40,184 nucleotides of DNA from a virus (lineage: Duplodnaviria > Caudoviricetes). This document shows, piece by piece, positions 1 to 8,908 of the stretch; within the stretch, counting starts at the first letter, position 1; the number at the start of each line of letters is the position of its first letter. The notes under the pieces are model-generated. The model had not been told where the DNA came from, ran no database searches, and worked only from the letters and a program-made list of their open reading frames with translations. Location of the stretch: the IMG/VR virus record IMGVR_UViG_3300037465_000404, positions 1-40,184 of that record. The stretch is one strand, 5' to 3'. Position numbers and translations under genes: made by a program.

Positions 1-200
1 GGACCTCGGCGCGCGCGCGGCTAACATATCGCGCACCCATTGGGGGAAGACCCAGCGTAATCGCAGCAGTGCCCGCGCTTGTGCGGGCCCAGGCTGGGCG
101 GCATCATAGAGCTCAGCTGCATGGCGACACACGTGGAGCCGCAGAGATTCTTTGGGTTCCTTAATTCGGATGGGGCAGCCGCGCAGCTGCCCCAGATAAT
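1..200. repeat. Terminal direct repeat, left copy (circular overlap or terminal redundancy)
   Basis: Identical to 39985-40184 except positions 128-129 (CA here, TG at 40112-40113). Confidence 0.97.
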
Positions 201-732
201 AATTCATATAAATCGCGCCCGTCTTCCCCGCGGCAACACGGCGGGTCCGGTGGCGCACTTCGGGCAACGTGAAGAGGCGCCGGATAAGCGCGCGATGGCG
301 CGAGCGCAGTCGGCGCACCGCGGGGGCGAGCGCAGACAGGTCGCTCGGCTCCCAGCAGCTGTACGCGTCGCGGGTGAGCCAGGCAACCCATTGGAGATCG
401 CCCATTTCTCTGGGGAGTGGGCGGTACGGCGTGAGTAATAAGAGCCGGCCGGTGTCAATCACCCAGTCAGCTGATGAGCGGGTGATCGTCACCTGCTGCG
501 GGCACCATTGTTGCAGATGGGGGCGGTTCCCCTGCAACATACGCATGAAATATTTGACGTGCTCCCGGTGCCGCCGCCGCTTGCCGAGGCTCCGGAGTGC
601 GCGTGCCACTCGCCCGAAATCGGGCGGTCGGATGGTCCCGCCGCCGAGTTCAGCCTGCAGCGTGGCTACCCACTGCTGTTCTTTGGGTGTCGCCTCCTCC
701 CGAAAAACCTTGATATGGTCACGTATATCCAT
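1..732 (-). CDS. 5' part of a 472-aa hypothetical protein that spans the circular junction
   Basis: ATG at 732 (MDIRDHIKVFREEATPKEQQW...). The frame is open to base 1 and continues in frame into the 39298-40116 ORF. Missing from the ORF track because it runs off the window edge. No clear SD. Confidence 0.75.
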   Translation of the reverse strand, partial: MDIRDHIKVFREEATPKEQQWVATLQAELGGGTIRPPDFGRVARALRSLGKRRRHREHVKYFMRMLQGNRPHLQQWCPQQVTITRSSADWVIDTGRLLLLTPYRPLPREMGDLQWVAWLTRDAYSCWEPSDLSALAPAVRRLRSRHRALIRRLFTLPEVRHRTRRVAAGKTGAIYMNYYLGQLRGCPIRIKEPKESLRLHVCRHAAELYDAAQPGPAQARALLRLRWVFPQWVRDMLAARAPRS

Positions 733-749
733 AGTGGGAAAATGACGTA

Positions 750-786
750 ACAAAAAGCGTCCTACCGGATTGCTCCGGTAGGACGT
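750..786 (-). terminator. Rho-independent terminator
   Basis: Hairpin CGTCCTACCGGA-ttgc/t-CCGGTAGGACG followed on the minus strand by CTTTTTGTT, just after the stop at 793. Confidence 0.85.
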
Positions 787-792
787 CCGGGC

Positions 793-942
793 CTACCGTG
801 TGTAGGCCATTGCCGGGGAGGCTTCGCGCTCCCCGTCCCCTTCAGCCGTCGCATCGTGCGGCTGAGGATCCTCGATGTCAAGCGGCGCCGGCTCGTCGTC
901 CAGCGCCCTGTCATCGGTAAAGAGAATACGGCCTATGTGCAT
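793..942 (-). CDS. Small acidic protein, 49 aa (MHIGRILFTDDRALDDEPAPLDIEDP...)
   Basis: Strong SD (AGGAGGGAGG) before ATG 942, and its own terminator downstream. Confidence 0.7.
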   Translation of the reverse strand: MHIGRILFTDDRALDDEPAPLDIEDPQPHDATAEGDGEREASPAMAYTR

Positions 943-1169
943 AGGCCTCCCTCCTGCGCGCCCGATCGCCTTGCCCCATTGCAAGGGAGATGGGCGCGCA
1001 CCAAGAAGAGTAGCAAGTGGCGTGCCGCTGCGTAAGTGCTTGATATTTCAAGGGGTAGAAATGTGCGGTGTAGGGAAAATCATACAGCCCAAGATTAAAC
1101 CCCCAAGAAATCGCGGGGTTAGGAGTGTACAAAATTGTCCATAGTGTGGCGCCGCCGACACACTGGGTT

Positions 1170-1237
1170 GTGTGGTATAATGGTAGTATGGTAGTATGGT
1201 ATAGTAGTATAGTAGTATGGTAGTATGGTAGTATAGT
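1170..1237 (+). repeat. Tandem 8-mer array (TRGTAGTA, about 8 units) starting with the extended -10 motif GTGTGGTATAAT
   Basis: tggtataa tggtagta tggtagta tggta tagtagta tagtagta tggtagta tggtagta tagt, read directly. Confidence 0.9.
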
Positions 1238-1383
1238 CGCGCCGTCGTGTCGTGTGGGCGTGCGGTCGCCGGTGCCCGCATCCCCCACGGCGGGCTGGCA
1301 CTCTTGCGTGCCCCGGGGAGTCGGGCCATAAACAGGTCAGGCTTAACCCTTCTACACTGCCAACCCCCCCTCCTAAAATTTCC

Positions 1384-1959
1384 GTGGAATCCCTTACAAA
1401 AAAACCCCCAGCTCCCAAAAAAAGCGGGGGCACTGCGTTGCAAACGGACCAGTTAATGCACCAAGTCCTGGCCACCCTGAACCCCGAAGGGCGGGGGAAG
1501 TACAAGAAGGAACTCGAGCGTTTTGCAGCCCTCCCTGAGGAGGAGAAGCACCAGACCCTCAAAACGACTTGGAAGGAAGTCGCCATGGTCGCCGCGAGTC
1601 GGGCAAAGCAGTTTGCCGCGACCTGCTCCCCTAAGGACTTCGGGCGCCTTTCCCAACTGATCATGAGCGGGGCCATCGCCATCGACAAGGCCTTCACGAA
1701 GCCAAAGGTCGAGGTGGTGGCACCTCCACCTCCACCCCCACCCCCACCCCCATCCCTACCCCCAACCCCACCTCCACCGCCACTGGTCTTCAACCTCTTT
1801 GGCTCGTTGGGGCAGCGGGCCGTCAGTGTGACCACTCCCGAAACCCCTCGAGTGGTCAATCCAAACCCCCAAGGAGCCCCCCATGGCACGATACCGAAAA
1901 CTGGAGAACACCGTTGTAGTGGACACGACGGGACCGATGGACGCGAGGAACGCCATTGA
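1384..1959 (+). CDS. Probable terminase small subunit with a poly-proline tract (start uncertain: 1252, 1384 or 1456)
   Basis: Lies upstream of TerL. Helical protein with a GAIAIDK motif like many TerS proteins. Confidence 0.55.
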   Translation: MESLTKKPPAPKKSGGTALQTDQLMHQVLATLNPEGRGKYKKELERFAALPEEEKHQTLKTTWKEVAMVAASRAKQFAATCSPKDFGRLSQLIMSGAIAIDKAFTKPKVEVVAPPPPPPPPPPSLPPTPPPPPLVFNLFGSLGQRAVSVTTPETPRVVNPNPQGAPHGTIPKTGEHRCSGHDGTDGREERH

Positions 1960-2092
1960 GTACTGCGTTGAGTCTGCCTCCGCCCGCATTGTCGAGGCCC
2001 TGGAGGAACTCGAGGAAGCTATTGACTCCATTCTCCATGAGGAGTATAGTGAGTCCCTGCGCGAGGACCTCAATGACGATGACCTGGTGTAG
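1883..2092 (+). CDS. Small acidic hypothetical protein (69 aa)
   Basis: SD AAGGAG before the ATG. D/E-rich C-terminus. Confidence 0.65.
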   Translation: MARYRKLENTVVVDTTGPMDARNAIEYCVESASARIVEALEELEEAIDSILHEEYSESLREDLNDDDLV

Positions 2093-2104
2093 CCCCATTC
2101 CCTG

Positions 2105-3832
2105 ATGCCCACCCCTTTGCCCAGAGACCGCAGCCTCGTCGCCGCCCTGAACGAACTGGGTGAGCACGCCACCTGGCGCTGGGACCGTCTCCCCATGCAG
2201 GAGCGATTCCTTACCTCCCCCCTTACCTTCACCTGCTTCAGCGGGGGGTTTGGGACCGGCAAGACGACCGCCCTGTGCGCCAAAGTCATCCTCCTTCTCA
2301 CCGCTGTGCCCAATAACCTCGGCTACCTGGGACGCCTCGACGGGAAAGCCCTTCGCCACTCCACCCTGCAAACCCTCCTTGACCTCCTTCCCAAGGCGTT
2401 CATCAAGAAGCACAACGAACAGCAAGGCCTCATTTACCTCACCCCGGACGTCGGTGGTTCCAAACTTGTCTACGGGGACTTCAAGGATATCAACGACTTG
2501 AAGAACATCCCCCTCGGCTTCTTCGCCATCGACCAAATGGAGGAAGTCCCTTACCAAGTCTGGGAGTACCTCGCCGGGCGTCTCCGTCGGCGAGTTCCCG
2601 TTCTCACCCCCGACGGACTCCGTCAGTACTACGTCGACGGCCTCTGCCCCAACAACCCCAACGACTCTCGCCACTACGCCACCAGCCACGAAGCCAAGAC
2701 CCTCACCTGTCTCCTGTGTGGCGGCACCCTTCCCTCCTACTCTGACCAGCGCTCTGGCCCCATGAAGCTCCCCCTCTGGGACCTGATTGTGTACCGACGC
2801 TCGGGCTTCGGTGTCTGCAACCCCGAGGGTCCCTCCCACTGGATTTACAAGACCTTCTCTGGGCTTCCCAGCGCCCATGGCACCAGTATTGGCCTTCCCG
2901 ATCACCAAGCCTTCCATGCCACGGTGTACGACGGGCTCAACGCGGGATTCGTGGATGCCCCGTATGTCACCAACCTTGAGACTGTCTACTCCACCAACAA
3001 GACCATGTGGGACCGCTACCTCCTGGGTAAGTGGGTGGAAGCCGAGGGCCTCGTCTACCCCGGGTGGAGTCGGGAGCTCCACGTCGTCCCCTACAACGCC
3101 GTCCGCGCGGACACCAACGAATCCCTCTTCCGCCCCACGAAAGGCCACCTCTTCGAGTACATCGACCACGGCCTCACTGCCCCCACCGCCGTCGGGTGGG
3201 TGTTTGTGGAGTTGTGTGACTGTGGGTGTGGGCGTACCAACTACTACGTCCTGGACGAACACTACGAGGGGGGCAAGACCATCTCCTACCACGCCGCCCA
3301 GATCAAAGCCCACCGTGCCCGCCTCGGGGACCCCCCGATCCAGGCCACGTACCTCGATAGCCAGGCATTCAGCAAGACCCTCATGGGATCCAAGGGTACC
3401 CCGAAGGAGAACGAACTCTACAGCGTCGCCGACGAGTACCTCGAACACGACATCTTCCCCGTCCCCACCCAGAAGGACTGGAAAGTGGGCTACGACAAAC
3501 TCAGCTCACTCCTTCTCGTGGATCCCACCCACACCCATCCCGTCACGGGAATCAAAGGTGCCCCCCATCTCCTCATCCTCAACACCTGCAAAGCCTGGAT
3601 CCAGGAGATCGAAACCCACAAGTGGCGCGTCATCCGCCACACCGCCTCCGAATCCCGCCGGGACGAACCGGCGGACGGCCACGACCACCACATGGACGGG
3701 ATCAACGGCTTCCTCGCATCCCGCCCTGCGGACATCATCGAGTTGACCCTCCCCGCCTCGACCCCCGAGGACACTTTCGAAGCGGAGTTGTCCGCGTTCT
3801 CCACCCCGTCCTACTCCCACATGGCTGCCTAA
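2105..3832 (+). CDS. terL: Terminase large subunit
   Basis: Walker A GGFGTGKT, Walker B FFAIDQMEE, coupling motif VCNPEG, YLLGKW..EGLVY, nuclease motifs YIDHG and DGHDHHMDG. Confidence 0.95.
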   Translation: MPTPLPRDRSLVAALNELGEHATWRWDRLPMQERFLTSPLTFTCFSGGFGTGKTTALCAKVILLLTAVPNNLGYLGRLDGKALRHSTLQTLLDLLPKAFIKKHNEQQGLIYLTPDVGGSKLVYGDFKDINDLKNIPLGFFAIDQMEEVPYQVWEYLAGRLRRRVPVLTPDGLRQYYVDGLCPNNPNDSRHYATSHEAKTLTCLLCGGTLPSYSDQRSGPMKLPLWDLIVYRRSGFGVCNPEGPSHWIYKTFSGLPSAHGTSIGLPDHQAFHATVYDGLNAGFVDAPYVTNLETVYSTNKTMWDRYLLGKWVEAEGLVYPGWSRELHVVPYNAVRADTNESLFRPTKGHLFEYIDHGLTAPTAVGWVFVELCDCGCGRTNYYVLDEHYEGGKTISYHAAQIKAHRARLGDPPIQATYLDSQAFSKTLMGSKGTPKENELYSVADEYLEHDIFPVPTQKDWKVGYDKLSSLLLVDPTHTHPVTGIKGAPHLLILNTCKAWIQEIETHKWRVIRHTASESRRDEPADGHDHHMDGINGFLASRPADIIELTLPASTPEDTFEAELSAFSTPSYSHMAA

Positions 3833-5995
3833 ATGCCCAGCGCCCCCACTACCGACATCCGCGGTACCTACGACACCACCGGTGCCCCTTCCGACGACCT
3901 ACTCCTTCTCCAGAACTACTTCCGCACCTGGGCAACGAGCACCGATACCGCCCGCCAGAAATTCCGCCGGGACTACGAGTATGCCGAGGGCAACGGGAAA
4001 CAATGGTCGGCGCGGGACAAACTTCACGTCCAGAAATCCAACCGCCCCGCACTAGAATTCAACCAAATCCTTCCCCAGATCGAATTCGTCTCGGGGCTCC
4101 AGCGGGACACCAAGATCGACTTCCGTCTCCTCCCCCGTAACTTCGAGGACGTGCGCTTGAGCGAAATCGCCAGTGCCGCCCTCAAGGCCGCGTTCGACTT
4201 CTCCCGTATCCACCGGGTGACCGACCAGGTCTTCGATGACGGTATCATCTGCGGTCTGGGGGTCTGGGAAGTCCTTCACACCTTCGACAATGCCGAGGAC
4301 CTGCTCTGGGGGGACATCACGGTCACCCGGATCAACCCTATGGCATTCATCTACGACCCCTGGGCGCTCCAATACGACCTTCAAGACGGCGCCTTTATGG
4401 GGAAAGCCGTGTGGATGGACGTGGCGACGTTCAAAGCCCGCTACCCCAAATTCGCCCACCTCGCCGTCCCTGGAGAATGGCTGGCCAAAACCAACACCCT
4501 CCTCGGTTCGTCCGACGACCTCGGCACCGGCCCAAACCTCCTTGCGGAAGTCTACGACCAGGGCACCGGCCGTATTCGGGTGTTGACCCTCTGGTGTAAG
4601 AAGCCCACCACTATCACCGTCCTCGTCGACGAACGGACCGGGATGGTCCAAGAGTTCACGTCCAAGGACGACGCCGAGCGTCACCTCGCCAGCCTCGCGC
4701 GTCTTGCGGGAGCCGACGTGGTGAAGCCCTACCAAGTCCTCACCCTGGGAGCCACCGCCACGATCGCCGATGCCCAGACCGGGCTGCCCATCCTGAACCC
4801 CACCACCGGCCAACCCCAAGAATTCGCGTCTCCTGAAGTCGCCCAGGCCCATCTCAACGCCCTCAGCGAGAAAGCCGGGCTCGATGTGTACGACCGCTAC
4901 AAAGTCATCGCCCGCCAGGTCAAGAAGCCCTACTGGTACGAGATGACCTACTGGCACCTCCTGGACAGCGGACCCTCTCCCTTCACTGACCGCGACTATC
5001 CGTTTGTCCCGTACATCTCCCGCCGCTTCGCCGATGACCCCGAATCCATCATGGGGCTGGTCCGCAACCTCGCCGACCCCCAGGACGAATACAACAAGCG
5101 CTACAGCAACATCCTCGCGCACCTCAACTCCAGTAGCCACAGTGGCTGGCTCAACCGGAAAGCGGGGGGTGCCAACAAACTCGAACTCGAACTGATGGGA
5201 TCCAAACCCGGGGTGGTGGTTGAGTACGCCAACGTCCCGCCGGTCCAGCTCAAACCCGTCGAACTCTCCCAGGGCCACTTCGCGATGCTCAGCACCTCGG
5301 AGCGTAACATCCTCCGCATCAGCTCGATCAACGCCGAAATGCTGGGCCAAACCACGCAGCAAACCGTGTCCGGGCGCGCCATCAAAGCCCGGCAAACCGG
5401 GGGCATCACCTCTCTCAAAGCCCGATTCCGCGCGTTCGAGGAAGCCCAACTCGACCTCGCCCGGATGGTCTTCTCCCGTATTCAACAATACTACCCCCCA
5501 GAGAAGATCAAACGCATCATCGGGGTGACCGAACTCTCCAGCCCCCTCGGCGCTAGTGGCCAACCCATCTTCACCGACCCCCTCACCGGGGCGCCCGTGA
5601 GCGACAACGTCATCCTGACGTACCTGAACCACGTCACCACCATCGACTTCGACGTGGCTTTTGCGTCCCAGCCCTATACCGCCTCAGAACGCGAGGCCCA
5701 ATTTCAGAATGCCCTGCACGTGGCCAGCCTCGTGACCAACAGTGGCCGGGCCATCGGTCCGGCTACCTTCGCCGCCATGATCGACATGGCCGACATGCCC
5801 AGCAAACTCGCAACCGCGCTCAAGATGGACGCGATGCTCCCGCCAGTTGCCCCACCCAACCCCTCTGCCCAACACACCACGTTGCAGGGCTTTCACCCCC
5901 CAAATGGGGACGGCTTTTCAGCAGGAGGTGGCAATGACCTACAAACTCCGGGGAAAACCAGTGCCGCGCACCTTCGCACCCAAACTGCGGGGTAA
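3833..5995 (+). CDS. Portal protein, P22-like
   Basis: Follows TerL. Motifs GKQW, RPALEFNQI, GIICGLG, FPFVPY-like (YPFVPY), GLVRNLADPQDEYNKR, SGRAIKARQ; 720 aa. Confidence 0.92.
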   Translation: MPSAPTTDIRGTYDTTGAPSDDLLLLQNYFRTWATSTDTARQKFRRDYEYAEGNGKQWSARDKLHVQKSNRPALEFNQILPQIEFVSGLQRDTKIDFRLLPRNFEDVRLSEIASAALKAAFDFSRIHRVTDQVFDDGIICGLGVWEVLHTFDNAEDLLWGDITVTRINPMAFIYDPWALQYDLQDGAFMGKAVWMDVATFKARYPKFAHLAVPGEWLAKTNTLLGSSDDLGTGPNLLAEVYDQGTGRIRVLTLWCKKPTTITVLVDERTGMVQEFTSKDDAERHLASLARLAGADVVKPYQVLTLGATATIADAQTGLPILNPTTGQPQEFASPEVAQAHLNALSEKAGLDVYDRYKVIARQVKKPYWYEMTYWHLLDSGPSPFTDRDYPFVPYISRRFADDPESIMGLVRNLADPQDEYNKRYSNILAHLNSSSHSGWLNRKAGGANKLELELMGSKPGVVVEYANVPPVQLKPVELSQGHFAMLSTSERNILRISSINAEMLGQTTQQTVSGRAIKARQTGGITSLKARFRAFEEAQLDLARMVFSRIQQYYPPEKIKRIIGVTELSSPLGASGQPIFTDPLTGAPVSDNVILTYLNHVTTIDFDVAFASQPYTASEREAQFQNALHVASLVTNSGRAIGPATFAAMIDMADMPSKLATALKMDAMLPPVAPPNPSAQHTTLQGFHPPNGDGFSAGGGNDLQTPGKTSAAHLRTQTAG

Positions 5996-6074
5996 ACCCA
6001 CCATCCGAATCATGCCCAAAGGCGCCGGGATCGGACTCCTGCGCCGAGGAGGCTTTGGCTTTGGTCGACCGTGA
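5934..6074 (+). CDS. Small basic protein, 46 aa, with KLRGKP twice
   Basis: Strong SD AGGAGGT before ATG 5934. Overlaps the 3' end of the portal gene. Confidence 0.6.
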   Translation: MTYKLRGKPVPRTFAPKLRGKPTIRIMPKGAGIGLLRRGGFGFGRP

Positions 6075-6279
6075 TCACCCCATCCCCGCGCAAGGCCCCA
6101 CGGACCTCAAACGGGAGATCACCCCAACGGCGCTCACGACCCTGCTCCACCGCGTCGAGCACGCCAAAGCCGCGGGGGCCGTGAACGTCGCGGTTGACGT
6201 CAATCTCCTTCTCGATCTCCTCACCGGTTCGCGTGAGGCCCTGACACACCTCGGCTGGCGGGCCACCACCAGCCTCTAA
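6055..6279 (+). CDS. Hypothetical protein (74 aa)
   Basis: SD GAGGAGG before a TTG start. Fits operon packing. Confidence 0.6.
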   Translation: MALVDRDHPIPAQGPTDLKREITPTALTTLLHRVEHAKAAGAVNVAVDVNLLLDLLTGSREALTHLGWRATTSL

Positions 6280-6295
6280 CCCACAAGGAGCGTCC

Positions 6296-6463
6296 ATGCT
6301 ACGTTGTAACGCCGCTCGTATCCCAGGCACCTACCACCCTGTGTCCACGGACAGCAACACCCAGAACCCGAAGAAATTCGGGAACACCTTCCACTCCTCG
6401 GTGGACAAAGGAGCCAAACGGCCCCAGCCCATCAACCCGCCCAAGGACTCCGGTGCCGTATGA
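6296..6463 (+). CDS. Hypothetical protein, 55 aa (MLRCNAARIPGTYHPV...)
   Basis: SD AAGGAG, and ATGA overlap with the next gene. Below the ORF-track cutoff. Confidence 0.65.
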   Translation: MLRCNAARIPGTYHPVSTDSNTQNPKKFGNTFHSSVDKGAKRPQPINPPKDSGAV

Positions 6464-6873
6464 CCGCCCCCGACCAGGCGTTCCTCGCCGGTCTCCAGGC
6501 CGAGGTGCAGCGCTGGCAACACCGTCTTCGTCTCCAGGACTGGCACATCGACATTCGCCTGTGTCGGGTCAACGACATGCCAGAGGGCGCCGTTGCCACC
6601 ATCGAACCCTATCTTGAACGAAAGGACGCGGTGATCAGCGTGCTCACCCCCATTGACCTTCCCCTACTCGAGCGCCGCTTTCCTCCAGGGGAAGCCGCTG
6701 ACTACACTCTGAGCATCGTCCACGAACTCCTGCATCTCCATCTCTTACCCCTCTCCGACTACGAGAACGACACCAAACGCATCGCCGAAGAGCAAGCCAT
6801 CAACACCATCTCCCGCGCACTCACGCTCATCCACCCCAAGGGAGCCCCCTCTCCTGGCCCCCACGGGGACTGA
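6460..6873 (+). CDS. Small zincin-like metallopeptidase
   Basis: HELLH motif with downstream EEQAIN. Confidence 0.75.
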   Translation: MTAPDQAFLAGLQAEVQRWQHRLRLQDWHIDIRLCRVNDMPEGAVATIEPYLERKDAVISVLTPIDLPLLERRFPPGEAADYTLSIVHELLHLHLLPLSDYENDTKRIAEEQAINTISRALTLIHPKGAPSPGPHGD

Positions 6874-6943
6874 CACTCCGGGCGCACTGGCCTGGTCGCC
6901 GCAGGCCCCACGTCGTCGGTGGTTTCCGGACGAAGGAGGAATC

Positions 6944-7894
6944 ATGCACATCCTGGACAACGCACCTGAAATGGACCCCGCTAGCCCCGAGTTTGGGGCA
7001 GCCTTGGAGGCCATGACCGCAGTGGACCGCACCGAATCCACCCCCCCAACGGACGAGAAACCCCCGGACGTGGCGTCGTCGGCCACGCCACCTGCGGCGG
7101 ATAAACCCGCCTCTGAGGACGACTCCCCCGAAGCCCTGAAAGCCAAAATCAAAGGCTTGCAGGCCGAGCTGACCCGCCGTAAGGGGAACGCCGAGAAAGT
7201 CACCGAACTGGAAACCCAACTGGCCAAAGTCCAGGGCCAGCTGGAAGCCCTCTCGCGTGCCCCCCGTACCCAGGACACCACCATCGAGGACTTTGTCACG
7301 CGTCTCGATGACAAAGCCCTTGTTGCCAAAGAAGTGGACTGGAACGACGAACTCGCCGACGCCCGGACTCGCTACGCCGTGGCGGAGGAACGGGGGGACG
7401 AGCGGGCGATGGAACGGCACCGGGACCGGATCGCCTACGCCAAGCGCGTGCTGGCGGCCCTCCGGGCCGAATCCACAAGTCGCCATGAACGGAAACTCCG
7501 CGCGAACGAGGAAGCCCGGGTTGCGGAAACCAAAGTCAAGCAGGAATTGGAGGGGATGTACGCCACACTCACCGAGCACTTTCCCGATTTCCAGGATAAA
7601 TCCTCGGAGTTGTGGAAAGCAGGGAATGACGCCTACCTCTCCCACCCTGAACTGATGAAACGCTTGGGTGCCGCCGGGGACATTGTGGCTGCCGCACTGG
7701 CGGTCCTCAAGACCCACAAACCCGAAGCCGCCGCTCGCCGCGCCGTGGTCTCCAAACTGGAAACCGGACTCAAGAAGTCCCTCCAGGCGGGGGCCGCGTC
7801 ACCCTCGACTGGGCGTGGGCCAGCCCTCTCCATCGACACTCCCGAGGGGTTGGCGCAATTCAACGCCTACATTGACAAAGTGAAAGGTGGATAA
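6944..7894 (+). CDS. Capsid scaffolding protein
   Basis: SD AAGGAGG. Acidic/Pro-rich N-terminus and coiled coil, directly before the capsid gene. Confidence 0.8.
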   Translation: MHILDNAPEMDPASPEFGAALEAMTAVDRTESTPPTDEKPPDVASSATPPAADKPASEDDSPEALKAKIKGLQAELTRRKGNAEKVTELETQLAKVQGQLEALSRAPRTQDTTIEDFVTRLDDKALVAKEVDWNDELADARTRYAVAEERGDERAMERHRDRIAYAKRVLAALRAESTSRHERKLRANEEARVAETKVKQELEGMYATLTEHFPDFQDKSSELWKAGNDAYLSHPELMKRLGAAGDIVAAALAVLKTHKPEAAARRAVVSKLETGLKKSLQAGAASPSTGRGPALSIDTPEGLAQFNAYIDKVKGG

Positions 7895-8904
7895 TGGCAA
7901 CAAACCTGACAACCCAATTTACCGACGGGACCGCATCTGATGCGACCCAGTCAATCTTGAACACCCTACTCCTGGTACGGGGCACCTACGCCCTTATTCA
8001 CCAGGTTCCTGTCAAGAAGTACAGCCTTCCGCGCCGGTCGGGGAAGACCATGATCTGGCGTCGGTACGAGGCGTTGCCCCTGGCCACCACCCCGCTTGTG
8101 GAAGGCCAGAACCCTGCTGGGCGGGCAAAGACCAAGTCCGATGTGGCCGCGACCATCCAGCAGTACGGTGACTTCATCGAAGACACCGACATGGTAATCG
8201 ACACCCAGATCGACCCGCACACGGCGGAGAACGTCGAGTTGCTCGGTCAGCAGATGGGAGAAACCTTCGATGCGCTGTATCGTGACCTCTTCGCTGGGGC
8301 CACGAACATTGTGTATTCCTCGGGGTCCAGCACCGTGACGGTGGATCAGCCGATTGACCGGAACGACCTCGATCGGGCCTACCGGCTCCTCTGTGTGAAC
8401 AAGGCCCGTACCTTCACCCCCATGATCATGGCGGGGCAGAACGTCGGGACTGGTCCAATTATGCCGGCATACTGGGCTATGTGCGATGAGCGCGTGGCAT
8501 TTGACATTCGCCACCTGGAAGGGTTCCTCCTTCCCTCGGAGTACGCGCAGAAGACCGGCATCCTCGCGGGAGAGTTTGGTGCCGACAAGAACGGGATCCG
8601 GTTCCTGCGCTCCCCGAATGGGTACTACCTCCCGGGCGCTGCTGGCACCACCGCGGCGTCCACGCTCGTAAAGAACACCAGTGGCTACGTCGATGTCTAC
8701 TCCCTCTTTATCTGCGGCCAGGAGTGCGTCGGTGGAATCAGCCTTGCGAACGGCAACGGCGGGATCATCCGGAAAGCCCTCGGCTCGGCGGGTACCGCTG
8801 ACGCCCTCAACATGCGGGCGACGGTCGGGTGGAAGAAGTACGACGCCCGTGCGATTCTGAACCAAAACTTCTTCGTAGAAGTCCAAACCGCCGTCAGCCT
8901 GTAA
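7894..8904 (+). CDS. Major capsid protein, N4-gp56-like family
   Basis: LPRRSGKTMIWRRY, TPLVEG, QYGDFIEDTD, GEFG...IRFL, GTADALNMRATVGWK. Confidence 0.92.
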   Translation: MATNLTTQFTDGTASDATQSILNTLLLVRGTYALIHQVPVKKYSLPRRSGKTMIWRRYEALPLATTPLVEGQNPAGRAKTKSDVAATIQQYGDFIEDTDMVIDTQIDPHTAENVELLGQQMGETFDALYRDLFAGATNIVYSSGSSTVTVDQPIDRNDLDRAYRLLCVNKARTFTPMIMAGQNVGTGPIMPAYWAMCDERVAFDIRHLEGFLLPSEYAQKTGILAGEFGADKNGIRFLRSPNGYYLPGAAGTTAASTLVKNTSGYVDVYSLFICGQECVGGISLANGNGGIIRKALGSAGTADALNMRATVGWKKYDARAILNQNFFVEVQTAVSL

Positions 8905-8908
8905 TCCC

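Noticed and set aside
79-750. Plus-strand ORFs 79-438, 269-745 and 508-750
   Set aside because: Antisense to the junction-spanning minus-strand gene.
1170-1237. Mini-CRISPR reading of the short repeat arrays (also 38995-39260)
   Set aside because: Units are 6-8 bp and contiguous, with no unique spacers.
1856-5632. Long minus-strand ORFs 1856-3448 and 4052-5632 (also 7966-8910, 15137-16210, 20669-22294, 22006-23394, 23494-24624)
   Set aside because: Antisense shadows of well-supported + strand genes in GC-rich DNA; no motifs or SDs.
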